Positions 12,387 through 23,498 of a stretch of 64,000 nucleotides of DNA are shown one piece after another; position 1 is the first letter of the stretch; each line of letters begins with the position of its first letter. Source of the stretch: Nemertoderma westbladi (lineage: Eukaryota > Animalia > Xenacoelomorpha). The notes beneath the pieces were generated by a model. The model was not told where the DNA came from, searched no databases, and saw only the letters and a program-made list of their open reading frames with translations. Where the stretch lies: contig JAUCBJ010003535.1 in assembly GCA_032718475.1 (NCBI GenBank), forward strand, positions 17,126-81,125. The letters run 5' to 3'. Position numbers and translations under genes: made by a program.

Positions 12387-15300
12387 TTACGTTATGGAGT
12401 CCCTAGATGTTTGAAGGATTAGGGAGGTGGTCGTGGGAAGAGAATCTTGCCTTCCACAGTTTCCGGAGAGTCCTCCATTCCCTTCCGATAAACACAAACG
12501 ACCGACTGGGTGATTGAGTCGCTGCATCCTAAATACAATTCCAGGTTTCCTCTTCGTCCTGGAATAGTGACGATAGAAACATCGCTCAAAGTATATGACG
12601 GCGTCACAAAGCCGATTCCAGGAGCTATAGTGGTCCGTCGCTCTCTGCAGGAGAGGTGAGAGTCCCTGCGAGACGTCTGATGTTCCAGAGCTCCAATCGC
12701 TCTCTCTGATCTTCATGAAGGATCCACTCGCGGTGGGGAGGCCCAGATCCACGGCGTCGTCCCTGGCAACATGTAATACCGACAGATCTATCCCGGGTTC
12801 AAATAACTCCGATCCACACGTCCGGGTTTCAGGTTCGACTTTCTCCGCTCCCTTGGCTGGTATAATCTCAGTCTGAGTAAGATGGGGAGGCCATTCATTC
12901 TCCTTACTCAGGAAGTCGGGTTCACCTAATCGGTCTGTAGTATCTGTCAGTTCTTGAGGAGTTGCTCCTCTGGAAGCGATGTCCGTTGGATTAAACTTCT
13001 TGGGGCAATATCTCCATTGATCTAAATTGGAGCTAATATCGTCATTATCTGAGGAGTATGGTGTTCCCTCAGTTGGGTCGTCTCCCTCACTAGTATCATC
13101 TTCCCATTTACTCCGCTGGCAGACGCGATCTTGAAGCAGTCTTTCTCTGAGCGTTCTACGGGAAGGTCCAGTAAGGTACCAACCTACTCTAGTTCTTACC
13201 GCATAGGGCTGAAGTGGTTGCGGTTGAGCAGGTCGTTTCTCTAATGTCTCCAGCGCCTCATGAGCGTTTTGGCCGATGAGTATTTGCACTCCAGGATAAT
13301 CAGTCTGGAATCGAGGTATGTTAAGATGTTGGATGCTCTCATCCTCGTCCCAATTATAAAGGTCTGCTTGAGTAGTAGCGAAGTTCTTTATAGCCACCAT
13401 TTTCACTGACCTGATGCTATGTTCTCCTAGTTCGTCCTGGGGGGTGGACAACTCACATATATAATAGTCGGCAGCTACAGTAGAATTCCAAACCTGCATG
13501 ATCCCTGACAGGTTTAGCTTGGTTCGGAACTTGGGTTGTCCAGCAAAGATGACTTCGGCTAGTTCCCTATCGATGAATGTTCCTGTGCTACCGGAGTCCA
13601 GGAGGGCGTTCACTATATAGCTCTTCTGAGGTCCGTGGACCCGTAACTGGACTACAGGAAATTCTCGGATTCCTATGTTGGAAGTTGGCGCTTTCCAAGA
13701 TGGTTGTTGATCGGAAGTAGTTAAGGTAAGGTCGCTGTCTGTGTCTTTCTCATACACGAGTGCTCGATACACTGCGGTGGTGTTTATTAGGTAACAGGAT
13801 TCGTTTTGGTCGGAGAACTCGTCCGTATAGAATCCTTCCATCTCAGATTGATCAGTGTCGTTCACATCACTGAATTGGACATGTATTTCGGACTCACTTA
13901 CCTGACTCGGGCTGTTTCGTTCGAATTCCGTGTGCAACAAGATATGATGTTTTGCGCCGCACTTTGCACACCTTGCGTCGGAGTTACAGGTTCGCCGTTG
14001 GTGTCCTCGTCTGAGGCAATTATAACACAACCGCTTATCCCACATGACTTCACGTCTATCCTCGAGTGATTTCCTCAGGAATTTATCACACGCATTTAAA
14101 CGGTGGGGCCCGTCGCACAGCACACATTTGGGCTTGATGTTACTTACTTTAACATGTGCTGTGTGGTGCACACTTGTTCTTTCCTCGGGCTTTCTCACCT
14201 GAATTCTTTTAGGAGACGTAGGAGGGGTTTTTTGTACCGGTTCCCTTCTGTCATTGGGTCGAGACTTGGATTTACTTACCTGATCTTTAGGCATTTTATT
14301 GACATAAGATCTGTCAGTGTCTTTCCCGCTGTCCTCTCCTTGAGAAGTTTGGCTTTCACCGTCGTCGGTATAACATACTGGTGTTACCCTTCTCCTAGAA
14401 ACGGGTTTCTCACTTACCTTGTTTTCCAATGTCTTCTCTCTGGACTGCCTTAGGAGCTGTAATTTCACTTCTCCATCTAAGAATGACATGAGATCAGCCA
14501 TGGTAGGGTCTCGTCGTTGTTGTTCCATCATATATAACACTTTCTTATCCCAGCGTGTACCTACTCCACCCTTCGGTAAAGCAGAAGCCACTGCTCTAAT
14601 AACCATAGCACCCTGATACTCATGAGACTTACCTAGCCAATCTAATTGTCTGCAGATCTCCTGAATTTCATCGGAAAACTCTATAATCCCGCTGCTAATA
14701 AACTTTCGGGGCGCTACCAACTTTGCATACAAATACCCAGCTATGTTATTCCTATTACCATACCTGATGTTTAATGTATCCCAAACTTGTCTTAATCCGT
14801 CTGGATGTCCAATAAACCTTAACGCCATTAACTTGGGAGATCCTTCCAAGCACTCGATGAGGTATCTAAGTTTTTCTCCATTAGATAGTACGGAGTTCTG
14901 TATGTTATCTTTGTAATATTCATTAAAAGGTAACCATTTCATCTCATCTCCATTGAACTTAACGATCTCTCCCACCTTTACCGCTTGCCGGGCTTCGGTT
15001 CTAGCCATTTGACGCGTAAAACTTTCTTGGGCCATCGTGCTATTTAATATCGAGTTATCGGCATATAAATTTCTCGGATTATGATCAGTTCTATATGGAA
15101 TATCATTATCAACAGGTCTATAATTACCCTTAATAGGGTTCACTATAGGAGTTTCTACTTCGCTAGCAGTATAAATGCGTGTAGGCTCCACACCTTGCGC
15201 ATGAGATACTTCAGACCTAACGGGTTGACACATTGTTACAGAGGTTGGTGGTATACCCTTTTTTAAGTTTACTAATTTATCGCGTTCTAACGCGATACTT

Positions 15301-16433
15301 TGCTGCACTTCTTGCAACTCTAACCTGCTTTCCCTCACTGTTCCCTTTAAATGTTGGACAGTCCCTTCCAACTCTCGGACCTGTTGGGAGGAGCGTATCC
15401 GATTCTCCTTCATCTCTCCGAGGAGAATATCCATCCCCCGCCGTCTCTCATCTACCCAATCAACCGCCGAAACGGGATCCGCCAACGTCGTAGCGGGCAG
15501 ACAAGGGACAACGGGCGACAAATTCGGAATATTTCGCTCGGGGTCCAGGACCTGAACTGTCTCTCGGGCAGTTCTACGGGGCACAGGTAGCTTAGTGCTA
15601 TGTAGAGGGAATTTATAGGTAGCTTCAGGGAGCACAGGTGTATCTATTACCGTAGGGGTGATTTCAAGAACAGGCCTAATTATTTCAGGCTCATCTACTA
15701 TAGTAGGGAGTCTTTCTATTTTAATTATTTGGTCTGTGGGCTCTGTACTACCTAAGTTGGTGTTATTTAGTTGCCTTCTAACAGCTGGAGGCAAATCAGG
15801 CAATTTCTGACGGTGGAATGTTCTTTTACGTCTGCTTAGGCGAGATCGATTTCTTCCGCCTTCAGTGTCGGTGGTATCGCCTTCCTCAGATGAGGTATAC
15901 CCTTGTCTTTTGGGAGTAGATCGACTCATCATCTGCATATTACTAGCTGCTAACTGTTTACTGAAGTCGTCTTGCTTCTCTTGAAGATTTTCCAACTCCA
16001 GTTGGATGATCTCTTCAGCCGCTTTTCGTTCTGCTTCCGCCACTGCTGCCGCTTTTGCCTCTGTTCGTTCTGCTTCCGCCTCTGCCGCTGCCGCTTTTCT
16101 TTCTGCCTCTGCCACTGCTGCTATCTTTCTGTCTTCTATACGCTTTTTCCTTACTTGTTCTTCCCTTTCTCTAGCGATGCGGAGTTGTTCATCGAATTTA
16201 GCTTGGTTCGCCGCTAACCTATCCACATCAATCGCATCTAACACAAGTTTGGCTCCTTCGCTATTAGGGCTAAGTCCCTCTAGCCTTCTCCTCAACTCTT
16301 CATCTCCCACAAAACGCTGATAGTCTGACAGATAGATATCAATGGCATCCTTCTTATGCGGTTTCTCTGCCGTCGCTTCGCTCTCGGTCGTATCTAGTAG
16401 ACTGTCTGACAGGTTCTGCTTTGCATCAGACAT
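12387..16433 (-). CDS. BEL/Pao Gag-protease polyprotein, 1348 aa, RT/RNase H/integrase deleted
   Basis: Coiled coil; Pao gag core (FNGDEMKWLPF..EKLRYLIECLEG); three Cys/His knuckles; aspartic protease ALLDSGS; then the post-RNase H motif QWRYCPKKFNPTDIASRG. No RT or integrase catalytic motifs. Confidence 0.92.
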   Translation of the reverse strand: MSDAKQNLSDSLLDTTESEATAEKPHKKDAIDIYLSDYQRFVGDEELRRRLEGLSPNSEGAKLVLDAIDVDRLAANQAKFDEQLRIAREREEQVRKKRIEDRKIAAVAEAERKAAAAEAEAERTEAKAAAVAEAERKAAEEIIQLELENLQEKQDDFSKQLAASNMQMMSRSTPKRQGYTSSEEGDTTDTEGGRNRSRLSRRKRTFHRQKLPDLPPAVRRQLNNTNLGSTEPTDQIIKIERLPTIVDEPEIIRPVLEITPTVIDTPVLPEATYKFPLHSTKLPVPRRTARETVQVLDPERNIPNLSPVVPCLPATTLADPVSAVDWVDERRRGMDILLGEMKENRIRSSQQVRELEGTVQHLKGTVRESRLELQEVQQSIALERDKLVNLKKGIPPTSVTMCQPVRSEVSHAQGVEPTRIYTASEVETPIVNPIKGNYRPVDNDIPYRTDHNPRNLYADNSILNSTMAQESFTRQMARTEARQAVKVGEIVKFNGDEMKWLPFNEYYKDNIQNSVLSNGEKLRYLIECLEGSPKLMALRFIGHPDGLRQVWDTLNIRYGNRNNIAGYLYAKLVAPRKFISSGIIEFSDEIQEICRQLDWLGKSHEYQGAMVIRAVASALPKGGVGTRWDKKVLYMMEQQRRDPTMADLMSFLDGEVKLQLLRQSREKTLENKVSEKPVSRRRVTPVCYTDDGESQTSQGEDSGKDTDRSYVNKMPKDQVSKSKSRPNDRREPVQKTPPTSPKRIQVRKPEERTSVHHTAHVKVSNIKPKCVLCDGPHRLNACDKFLRKSLEDRREVMWDKRLCYNCLRRGHQRRTCNSDARCAKCGAKHHILLHTEFERNSPSQVSESEIHVQFSDVNDTDQSEMEGFYTDEFSDQNESCYLINTTAVYRALVYEKDTDSDLTLTTSDQQPSWKAPTSNIGIREFPVVQLRVHGPQKSYIVNALLDSGSTGTFIDRELAEVIFAGQPKFRTKLNLSGIMQVWNSTVAADYYICELSTPQDELGEHSIRSVKMVAIKNFATTQADLYNWDEDESIQHLNIPRFQTDYPGVQILIGQNAHEALETLEKRPAQPQPLQPYAVRTRVGWYLTGPSRRTLRERLLQDRVCQRSKWEDDTSEGDDPTEGTPYSSDNDDISSNLDQWRYCPKKFNPTDIASRGATPQELTDTTDRLGEPDFLSKENEWPPHLTQTEIIPAKGAEKVEPETRTCGSELFEPGIDLSVLHVARDDAVDLGLPTASGSFMKIRESDWSSGTSDVSQGLSPLLQRATDHYSSWNRLCDAVIYFERCFYRHYSRTKRKPGIVFRMQRLNHPVGRLCLSEGNGGLSGNCGRQDSLPTTTSLILQTSRDSIT

Positions 16434-17799
16434 GTTTGTTTATACAGTTGAATGCCTACTGCTGTATTACAGTCTGAGCAAGTCTAGTAACTCAGTATTA
16501 ACTGCTAGCCTAGTAATTAATTACCGGTACTGCTACTCAGTGTAGCGTGATATATATAATATATTAGAATACCGGTATGCTTATAGTATATATAACTATT
16601 ATTACAGACTAGGTTTATCACAGAATACCGGTATAATTTTAGCACAAATATATGTAAAAATATAATAGGCCTATCGGAATACCGGTATACAGCTTACAGT
16701 TTGTAGTATATATAATTCTGAACTAGAATTAATTACAAGTACCGGTATAATTTCAGCCTAAATTTATAGAAATAAAGATAATAGGCCTATCGTAAATACC
16801 GGTATATCAATTATTTTAAATAACTGAATTTCTGAATCTCAAGGGTTACTTAGTTACTTTAACTTACTTTATTGCCGTTATTTAAGCAGTAGTCCAACTG
16901 ATATTGAGACCTAATGGTTGTATGGTAGGCCTACGATTTATAAATCGTTAGATTTGATTTATAATATATATATACCCGTTTTAATGGGTTTTGTCAATGT
17001 TTGAAATAAATGTTATTATTTCTGGGGAGTAATCACTACACAAAGCGGTGCGCTTTCAGTGAAGTGTTACGTACAGGACACTAAAACAAATAATACTAAT
17101 TTACCTAAGTTACTTAATACTACAAATTACGTACAATTCGGGTGAGATTACAATCTCTAAATAAACACAAAAATTTACAAAAAAAAACACAAAATACGAA
17201 TTTTTAGGGTAATTTTACAAGAAGTTTACAAACCAGCCTAACAAAGGGTTAGATAACCGGTTATTACAACGGACAGAGTACTACGGTATTTGAAATAATA
17301 AGTAGTAGTAAATACACTGCGTTGTCTAGATAGGAAATACCACCGCCTGACGACCTATAGCCGTATCGCTATAGGTTCTACGTTATGTATCACGGAGTGT
17401 TCCTACCTAGAAGTTAATAGAGCTAATCGAATGTGCCTATCAACCACTTTACAACACAAATATAATGCCTACAATAATTACTTCGGAAAGTACTGTACAC
17501 TAAACCCTAAATTAGGTACGAGTACTTGTACAACAGATAATCTGTAGTTAAATATACTTGAACAGCTAAAAGAACCACGGCATCTGCTGGAGTGACCGAT
17601 GCACAAAATCACCAGTCTTTACCTACGCCGAGCAGCCCGTGTAGTACCGGGGTTAATTTAACTATAACGGTATGTATAACAAACACAATTACTGTAGGAA
17701 CAAACTTGGGGAATTGAATGTTGCGAATAATTGCATAAACTCTGAATAATAAATATTACGCTACGCGTACAAACTACTCAAACAAAATACAGACCGAAC

Positions 17800-18320
17800 A
17801 CTGACAGACTACTATCAAGTCTAAACAAACTACGGTATATGCAGACTCCGAAATGATTAGGGAGTATGCGCTCTAACCCAGTAGTGCGACTTATTCTTTA
17901 GTTGGGGGTTTACCTTACCGCATTGGCTGCCCCTACTGCCTAATCGTACTTAATCGGACAGATGATCTACACACGCGGCAATCCGTTCAGACCTAATAAC
18001 AGCCAGACAACTATCCAGCCTACAAATTATTTAAATAAAATTATACGCTACCCGTACAGACTTACACAAACAAAGTACAGACTAAACGATGGCAGACTAC
18101 TCTCAAGCCTAAATAAACTACAGGACATGCAGACTCCGAAATGATTAGGGAGTATGCGCTCTAACCCAGTAGTGCGACTTATTCTTTAGCTGGGGGATTA
18201 CCTTACCGCATTGGCTGCCCCTACTTCCTAACCGTACTTAATCGGACAAGTGCTCTACACACACTGCAATTCGTTCGGACTTAACAGCAATCAGACAACA
18301 GCTCAGCCTACAAATTGTCT
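17800..18320. repeat. About 288-bp direct repeat in the LTR element 5' leader
   Basis: gcagactccgaaatgattagggagtatgcgctc... at 17841 and 18129. Confidence 0.9.
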
Positions 18321-18638
18321 GTACAATCTGATCAGGTTTACACGCCTTCTGTTCAATACTGGCCTACAAACAAATAAAACTTGACAGAAATAAGTAAAAT
18401 CTCAATAAAAAATCAGGGCGGCCGTTCCCTGATTAAGTACTAAGACCTACCGGTATACAACTATCAAAATCGAATAGTACTGCTGTACCTGTACTGCTGT
18501 AGGTACCGGTCCGGGTGGTTAGGTAGTCAGGCCTACTGGTACCGGTTCTGGCAGTTGGGCCTACTGACCTACAGATGTACCGGTTGACCGGTACTTTTAA
18601 CTTTATTGCTTACTGCAATAAGAAGCAATATCCTTTAA

Positions 18639-19919
18639 TGTTCGCGCTTTCAGACCTTTGGCAGTTTAACCCACCAAATTAAGATGTCTTCTAGATATTA
18701 AATCTGTTTTTTAGTCTATGACAAGTATTTGATTCACTACACTAGTCGAAACCAATCCGTGCGCGACCATTCACCCGCTGGATATTCCCGGGAGATTGGG
18801 TTCGACGGTTTAATTTTATTGCTATGTAAGCCTAATGTATTATTCGACTGACAGTACTATATAATCTCTGACAATATTATTCACCTTCGGTAATATTAAC
18901 AGTTCCTTTAGGACGTGGCGCTTTATCTATATAAACAGAGTTATGACTTAAACTACTCACAACGATATGGCTTAATTATAATTCACATATATGGCGCATT
19001 CTTTAGGAATTGCTTCTTTAACAGACTCACTCATACACAATGCTGCACAATACTGCACACTAATCTGCCAATCTTCACTGATTTTAGTCACATATAAAAG
19101 GAACACAGACTGACTCATGTAGGGTCTATCAAATAACATTAGATTCACTTCAAACCACTTTAACATAAGTCACAATCGTTTATCTGTAACCCTTCTCTCT
19201 TACCTTCGGTATATCAAGAATATTGGGTTTCGGGGTTATTTATCGTTATTCCAAATATAATTATTCGTCAACCATATTATGAAGAACTGACGGTAAATAG
19301 CAGTATAAAACAACAATGAAAACACTGATTGTTATGAGTTTGCAATGTTTCAGCAGTCAGCATGTATCATCAGTCAGCAGTGATTCCATGAGTTTGATCG
19401 GTATGTTAGTACCGGTATGTCAGCAGTGAGATATTTACAGTTAAAGGATATATGCCCTTTATAATTAAACCTACTAGTGTAAGACTAAAAAGCAGTACAG
19501 CACAAAATACTTCCAAGCCGTTCTTTCTTTGGCTCAAGACTGAATGTAAACACTGCACATAGGCATTGCGTCATTTCTCGGAAATTTTCTGTACAAGGAG
19601 CCACAAAAACGCTCTAATTGGCTGACTGAACTGAGAGACGCCGTAGAACAAAGGAAATCAACACGTATGAATGTCAGCTGTTAACCGTAGTCATAGTAAC
19701 TACTGTTCAAGAGTAGCTATCACCCCTTTGCGTCACGAATTGCCATAGAATCATAAAATATGCCTTTCACAGTACACATACGGAGGAAATAGGTCTTAGA
19801 TCCTCTAAAAACACCGATACAGCAATAATACGGTCTCTTACACTTATTAAATCAACTACAGAGTATTTTAATGTAAAAGATAATAAAAATAACGGGGCAA
19901 TTCAGCAAAGGCTTTTACA
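18639..19919 (-). repeat. 5' LTR (1281 bp)
   Basis: Copy of 8213-9492 with one extra A in ccacaaaaac. Confidence 0.95.
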
Positions 19920-20361
19920 ATGTGGCCTTTCAGATATAATTGTATTATGTCATTGCTGTTGCTAACTAATTAATTTGTAGTAAAATAATCAAAAACAACA
20001 ATTTTCATATGGATGAATAGTTTGTTACACTGACCGCGGATTTTGAATATTATATCGCTATTTTTATCTTGCAATGGGGTGAACCAAAATTCGGGTTTCA
20101 ATTTGTTTGGTTTTATTAAATCACGGTGAATTTTCTGATTGGTGTAATGGATACTATAAATACATTATTAGGCCTATAATATTATTGAAATATTACTTAT
20201 ATATATGGGCACAATCGATTTTTGAAAGTTGGAATTTTTCATAATGTGTGCATTTTCTGTGGAATTCCCCCTATGGAATGGGTGCAGGGACTGTGATAGC
20301 AGTGCTTAGGAGTGAACCTTGAAATAACCATGTTAGGCTACAGTAGTATATAGAAAATACA

Positions 20362-21348
20362 CACCATGACCCGTAATATAGTGTCATTTTCTGATGACAC
20401 AGACCCCCCCCCCCCAAATTTTTCTACAAATCTTTAAAATATTGCTTGAAATTTGTAACACAACTAGTTCAACTCACCGTGGTTGTTACCATGAAGCCGG
20501 AATTTTCAATTTTGCCTTTACATTTTTTTTATAAGCGTTTTAAAAAAATCGCCTCATTTATCCCCCTCCGCCTCGCTTTATAGATATCATTAAAAAGCTT
20601 GCGTTCCAAGGATTCCAAATATGTAACAATATTTGAATTTCGTTGAGAAACAGCTGAGAAATAGGCGTTCAAAGATTGCAAGAATTATTGTTCGCTGCAG
20701 GACATTTATTCTATTTAATTTTTTTTTTTTTTTTTTTTTTCAAACAAGTAAACATGTTCATAATATTATTTGTTAAGTTTAATTATTATAAATCTTTTTA
20801 CTAAAAAAATTTTTTCTATTTAATAAATACATAATGTTCTGAAACAATTTGTTTATGTATTTGTCTATTTGTCTACGCAATATAGATATTGTATAGGCAA
20901 GGCATACCGCTGTTGCCCACCAACTCATAAAATAAATAACACGTTCTAGAATTTTGTGTATTTATTAAATAGAATAAATGAAATGTCCTGCAGCGAACAA
21001 TAATTCTTGCAATCTTTGAACGCCTATTTCTCAGCTGTTTCTCAACAAATTCAGATATTGCTACATATTTGGAATCCTTGCAACGCAAGCTTTCTATTGA
21101 TATGAAAAAACAAATGTGAGGAATGGCAATGATACGGATGGTGCGATTTCGCAAAGGACACTTTTTTAAAACGCTTATAAAAATAATGTAAAGGTGAAAT
21201 CGAAAATTGCGGCTTCATGGTAACAACCACGGTGAGTTGAACTAGTTGTGTTTCAAATTTCAAGCAATATGATAAAGATTTGTAGAACAATTTTTGGGGG
21301 GGGGGGTCCGTGTCATCAGAAAATGACACTATATTACGGGTTATGGTG
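20362..21348. mobile_element. Non-autonomous DNA transposon (MITE) with about 370-bp imperfect TIRs
   Basis: 20362-20720 is the reverse complement of about 20965-21348; CACC..GGTG ends. TA lies on the right flank only. Confidence 0.85.
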
Positions 21349-22670
21349 TATTAGGTGAACATTGTTAATGTACTTTGCACAAGTTAATAAACCACAGAAA
21401 CAAAAGTTACCCCCCCCCCCCCCCCCCCCTGGGTGAATGGGCAGGGCAGATAGTGCAGCAGATTGATCGCTAGTGAAAATTACTAGTAGATCTATTTTTT
21501 ATATAACCCTAACCCATTTTTGGGATGATTGCCCGGAATGTATAATTTACGAGTTGTTATTGTTTCTGTAAAACTCCCTTCCTCTAAGAGATATAAGAAT
21601 GGACTTTAATTGAAATGAAAACAGAACGTTTGAGTAAACAAATAACACGTAAATAACACGATATAACACATTATTGAAGACGCAGTTACTCACATAGTGA
21701 TAGTATAACTTCTATTGTTATGATACGCACAGGTGGCCACAGCCACGTAATTTATCTATTACTGCGTAGCGAGGCAGTAAATAATGGATAATTAACTACT
21801 GTATAGGCAGACAAAATAAATAAGGCATTGGGATGATGGCACAGCTTGGGAGAACTACGATTAGGACAGAGCTGTAATACCGATTGATAGTGGCAATCAT
21901 GATCACAATGTACTGTTTACCGCGCAGCCTATATTACATCAACCAACGGTCATTATACTTATTCAATGACATTCATTATCCAATAACAAGCCTCCACCCC
22001 GACTAGTGTGTGTGCTGAACAGAGTATACTATTGTACCGCCTTCAATGCGGTTTGTTATGAGTGTGCACTACTCGGAGAAATCTACCAATTGATGATGCA
22101 CTTCTACCTAATGGACTGGTTTTATTATTATTATTATTCTATGCCATTGTCATTGTTATTGTTATTATAATTATAATAATAATAATAAATATATAACTGT
22201 AATATAACAGCCTGTAATAATGTTGTAATAAATGTTGATTGGACTTAACTACTGTAGTTATTTTATTTATGCTTTGGGTTTAATAAAGAAGAATACAATT
22301 TTAGAAACAATCTGCCTAGTATATATTACCAATTATCAGAGGATCACAAGGTTTCTAATATTTAATACATATTGTTATTATCGTATTAAATACAAGATTG
22401 TTAAGATATGTCAGTATCTTAATTTTAAGTCTTTTTAAAGTCTTCAGCGTGAGCTAAATTTAGTGTATTATTATTATTTGATCATTAAAATAATATATAA
22501 AATAAGTATTAATACATATTAATTTATTAATTACAATTCATTATGAAATTAATTTCAGTTTAACAGTACAAGTGTAGCGATCTAGCTAGCTATAAGAATA
22601 ATTGTTTATTGTGTTGCCTAGCAACATATCCAGATTCCTTAGTTGGGAAACTTTGCAGCTAACGTTCTAG

Positions 22671-22840
22671 TTCCAGGGTGGCCACAAAGTCTTCTGGTTC
22701 GGTCCCAAATTGTAACAGTCTTCGAGGTGATAAGCTTTTACGTAGCAGTACAATTATTAGTGGACCGGTCACCCAGAGCCGGACTGTTTTTCCCTACCAA
22801 ATTTCAGATGAATCTGAATTGGTTCTACAGCTACTCATAG
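22671..22840 (+). CDS. Possible internal exon (SRVATKSSGSVPNC...)
   Basis: Higher-GC open frame bounded by tag and G|gtttcg. No phase-compatible downstream partner was found. Confidence 0.3.
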
Positions 22841-22999
22841 GTTTCGTACTATTCGCCCCCTAACGGCCGATAGACGAACTATAGAAGTCTGTCTGTATGT
22901 ACAATTTATAATCTTTTGATAGACTACATGTGTATCAAGTTTAAGTTTATAATTTATTTTTTATTATTGGTGTTATGGGTGAATGAGTGGTTTCATATT

Positions 23000-23112
23000 A
23001 TTATAACTTTTTGTTGGGCACAGCTTTTGCAAAGTCGGCAATGACATCCAGGTGGGTTCTAACTGGTGACCTCCGGGTTGGAAGTCTGACGCTCAAACCA
23101 TTCAGCTAGCGG
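23000..23112 (-). mobile_element. Degenerate tRNA-like head, SINE or pseudo-tRNA
   Basis: Minus strand reads tagctgaatggtttgagcgtcagacttccaacccggaggtcaccagttagaacccacc with broken stems. Its downstream body recurs at 44400-44440. Confidence 0.5.
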
Positions 23113-23498
23113 CTCAGGTAAAAGATAGACCTGGAAATACTATCTGATACCTTGTATGTCGTCAATTTACCTTTAATTTAAGTTTAAGTTTGGTTCCATT
23201 TAAATCAAAGTTTGACCGACTTATTAGAGTTCGAACAGAACGACGACGGCAGATAGTCCAATAATTTTACCGATACGTAAAAGCTCAGCTGAGTTAGTGA
23301 CTCGCCCCATAACTGTATGAGTGAAGTCCGGACAATTGGGACTCGAACAATTGCGACCCGGATTGTCCGGGTGGCAATTGTCCGGGTCGCAATTGTCCAG
23401 GCCGCAATTGTCCTAACATCTGTATGAGTGACCGTCAATGTATCGGAAGGACATTCACTCATTACTGCATTACTTGGAAAACCTCTTACAGTAGGGAA

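Larger units (their letters stand above)
8213..19919 (-). mobile_element. Non-autonomous BEL/Pao LTR retrotransposon, 11.7 kb
   Basis: Two TG..CA LTRs, 5-bp TSD atgtg (8208-8212 and 19920-19924), and a Pao-type gag-protease ORF. Confidence 0.95.

Noticed and set aside
23050-23112. Functional tRNA-Gly gene
   Set aside because: The anticodon stem and T-arm are disrupted; it fits a SINE head better.
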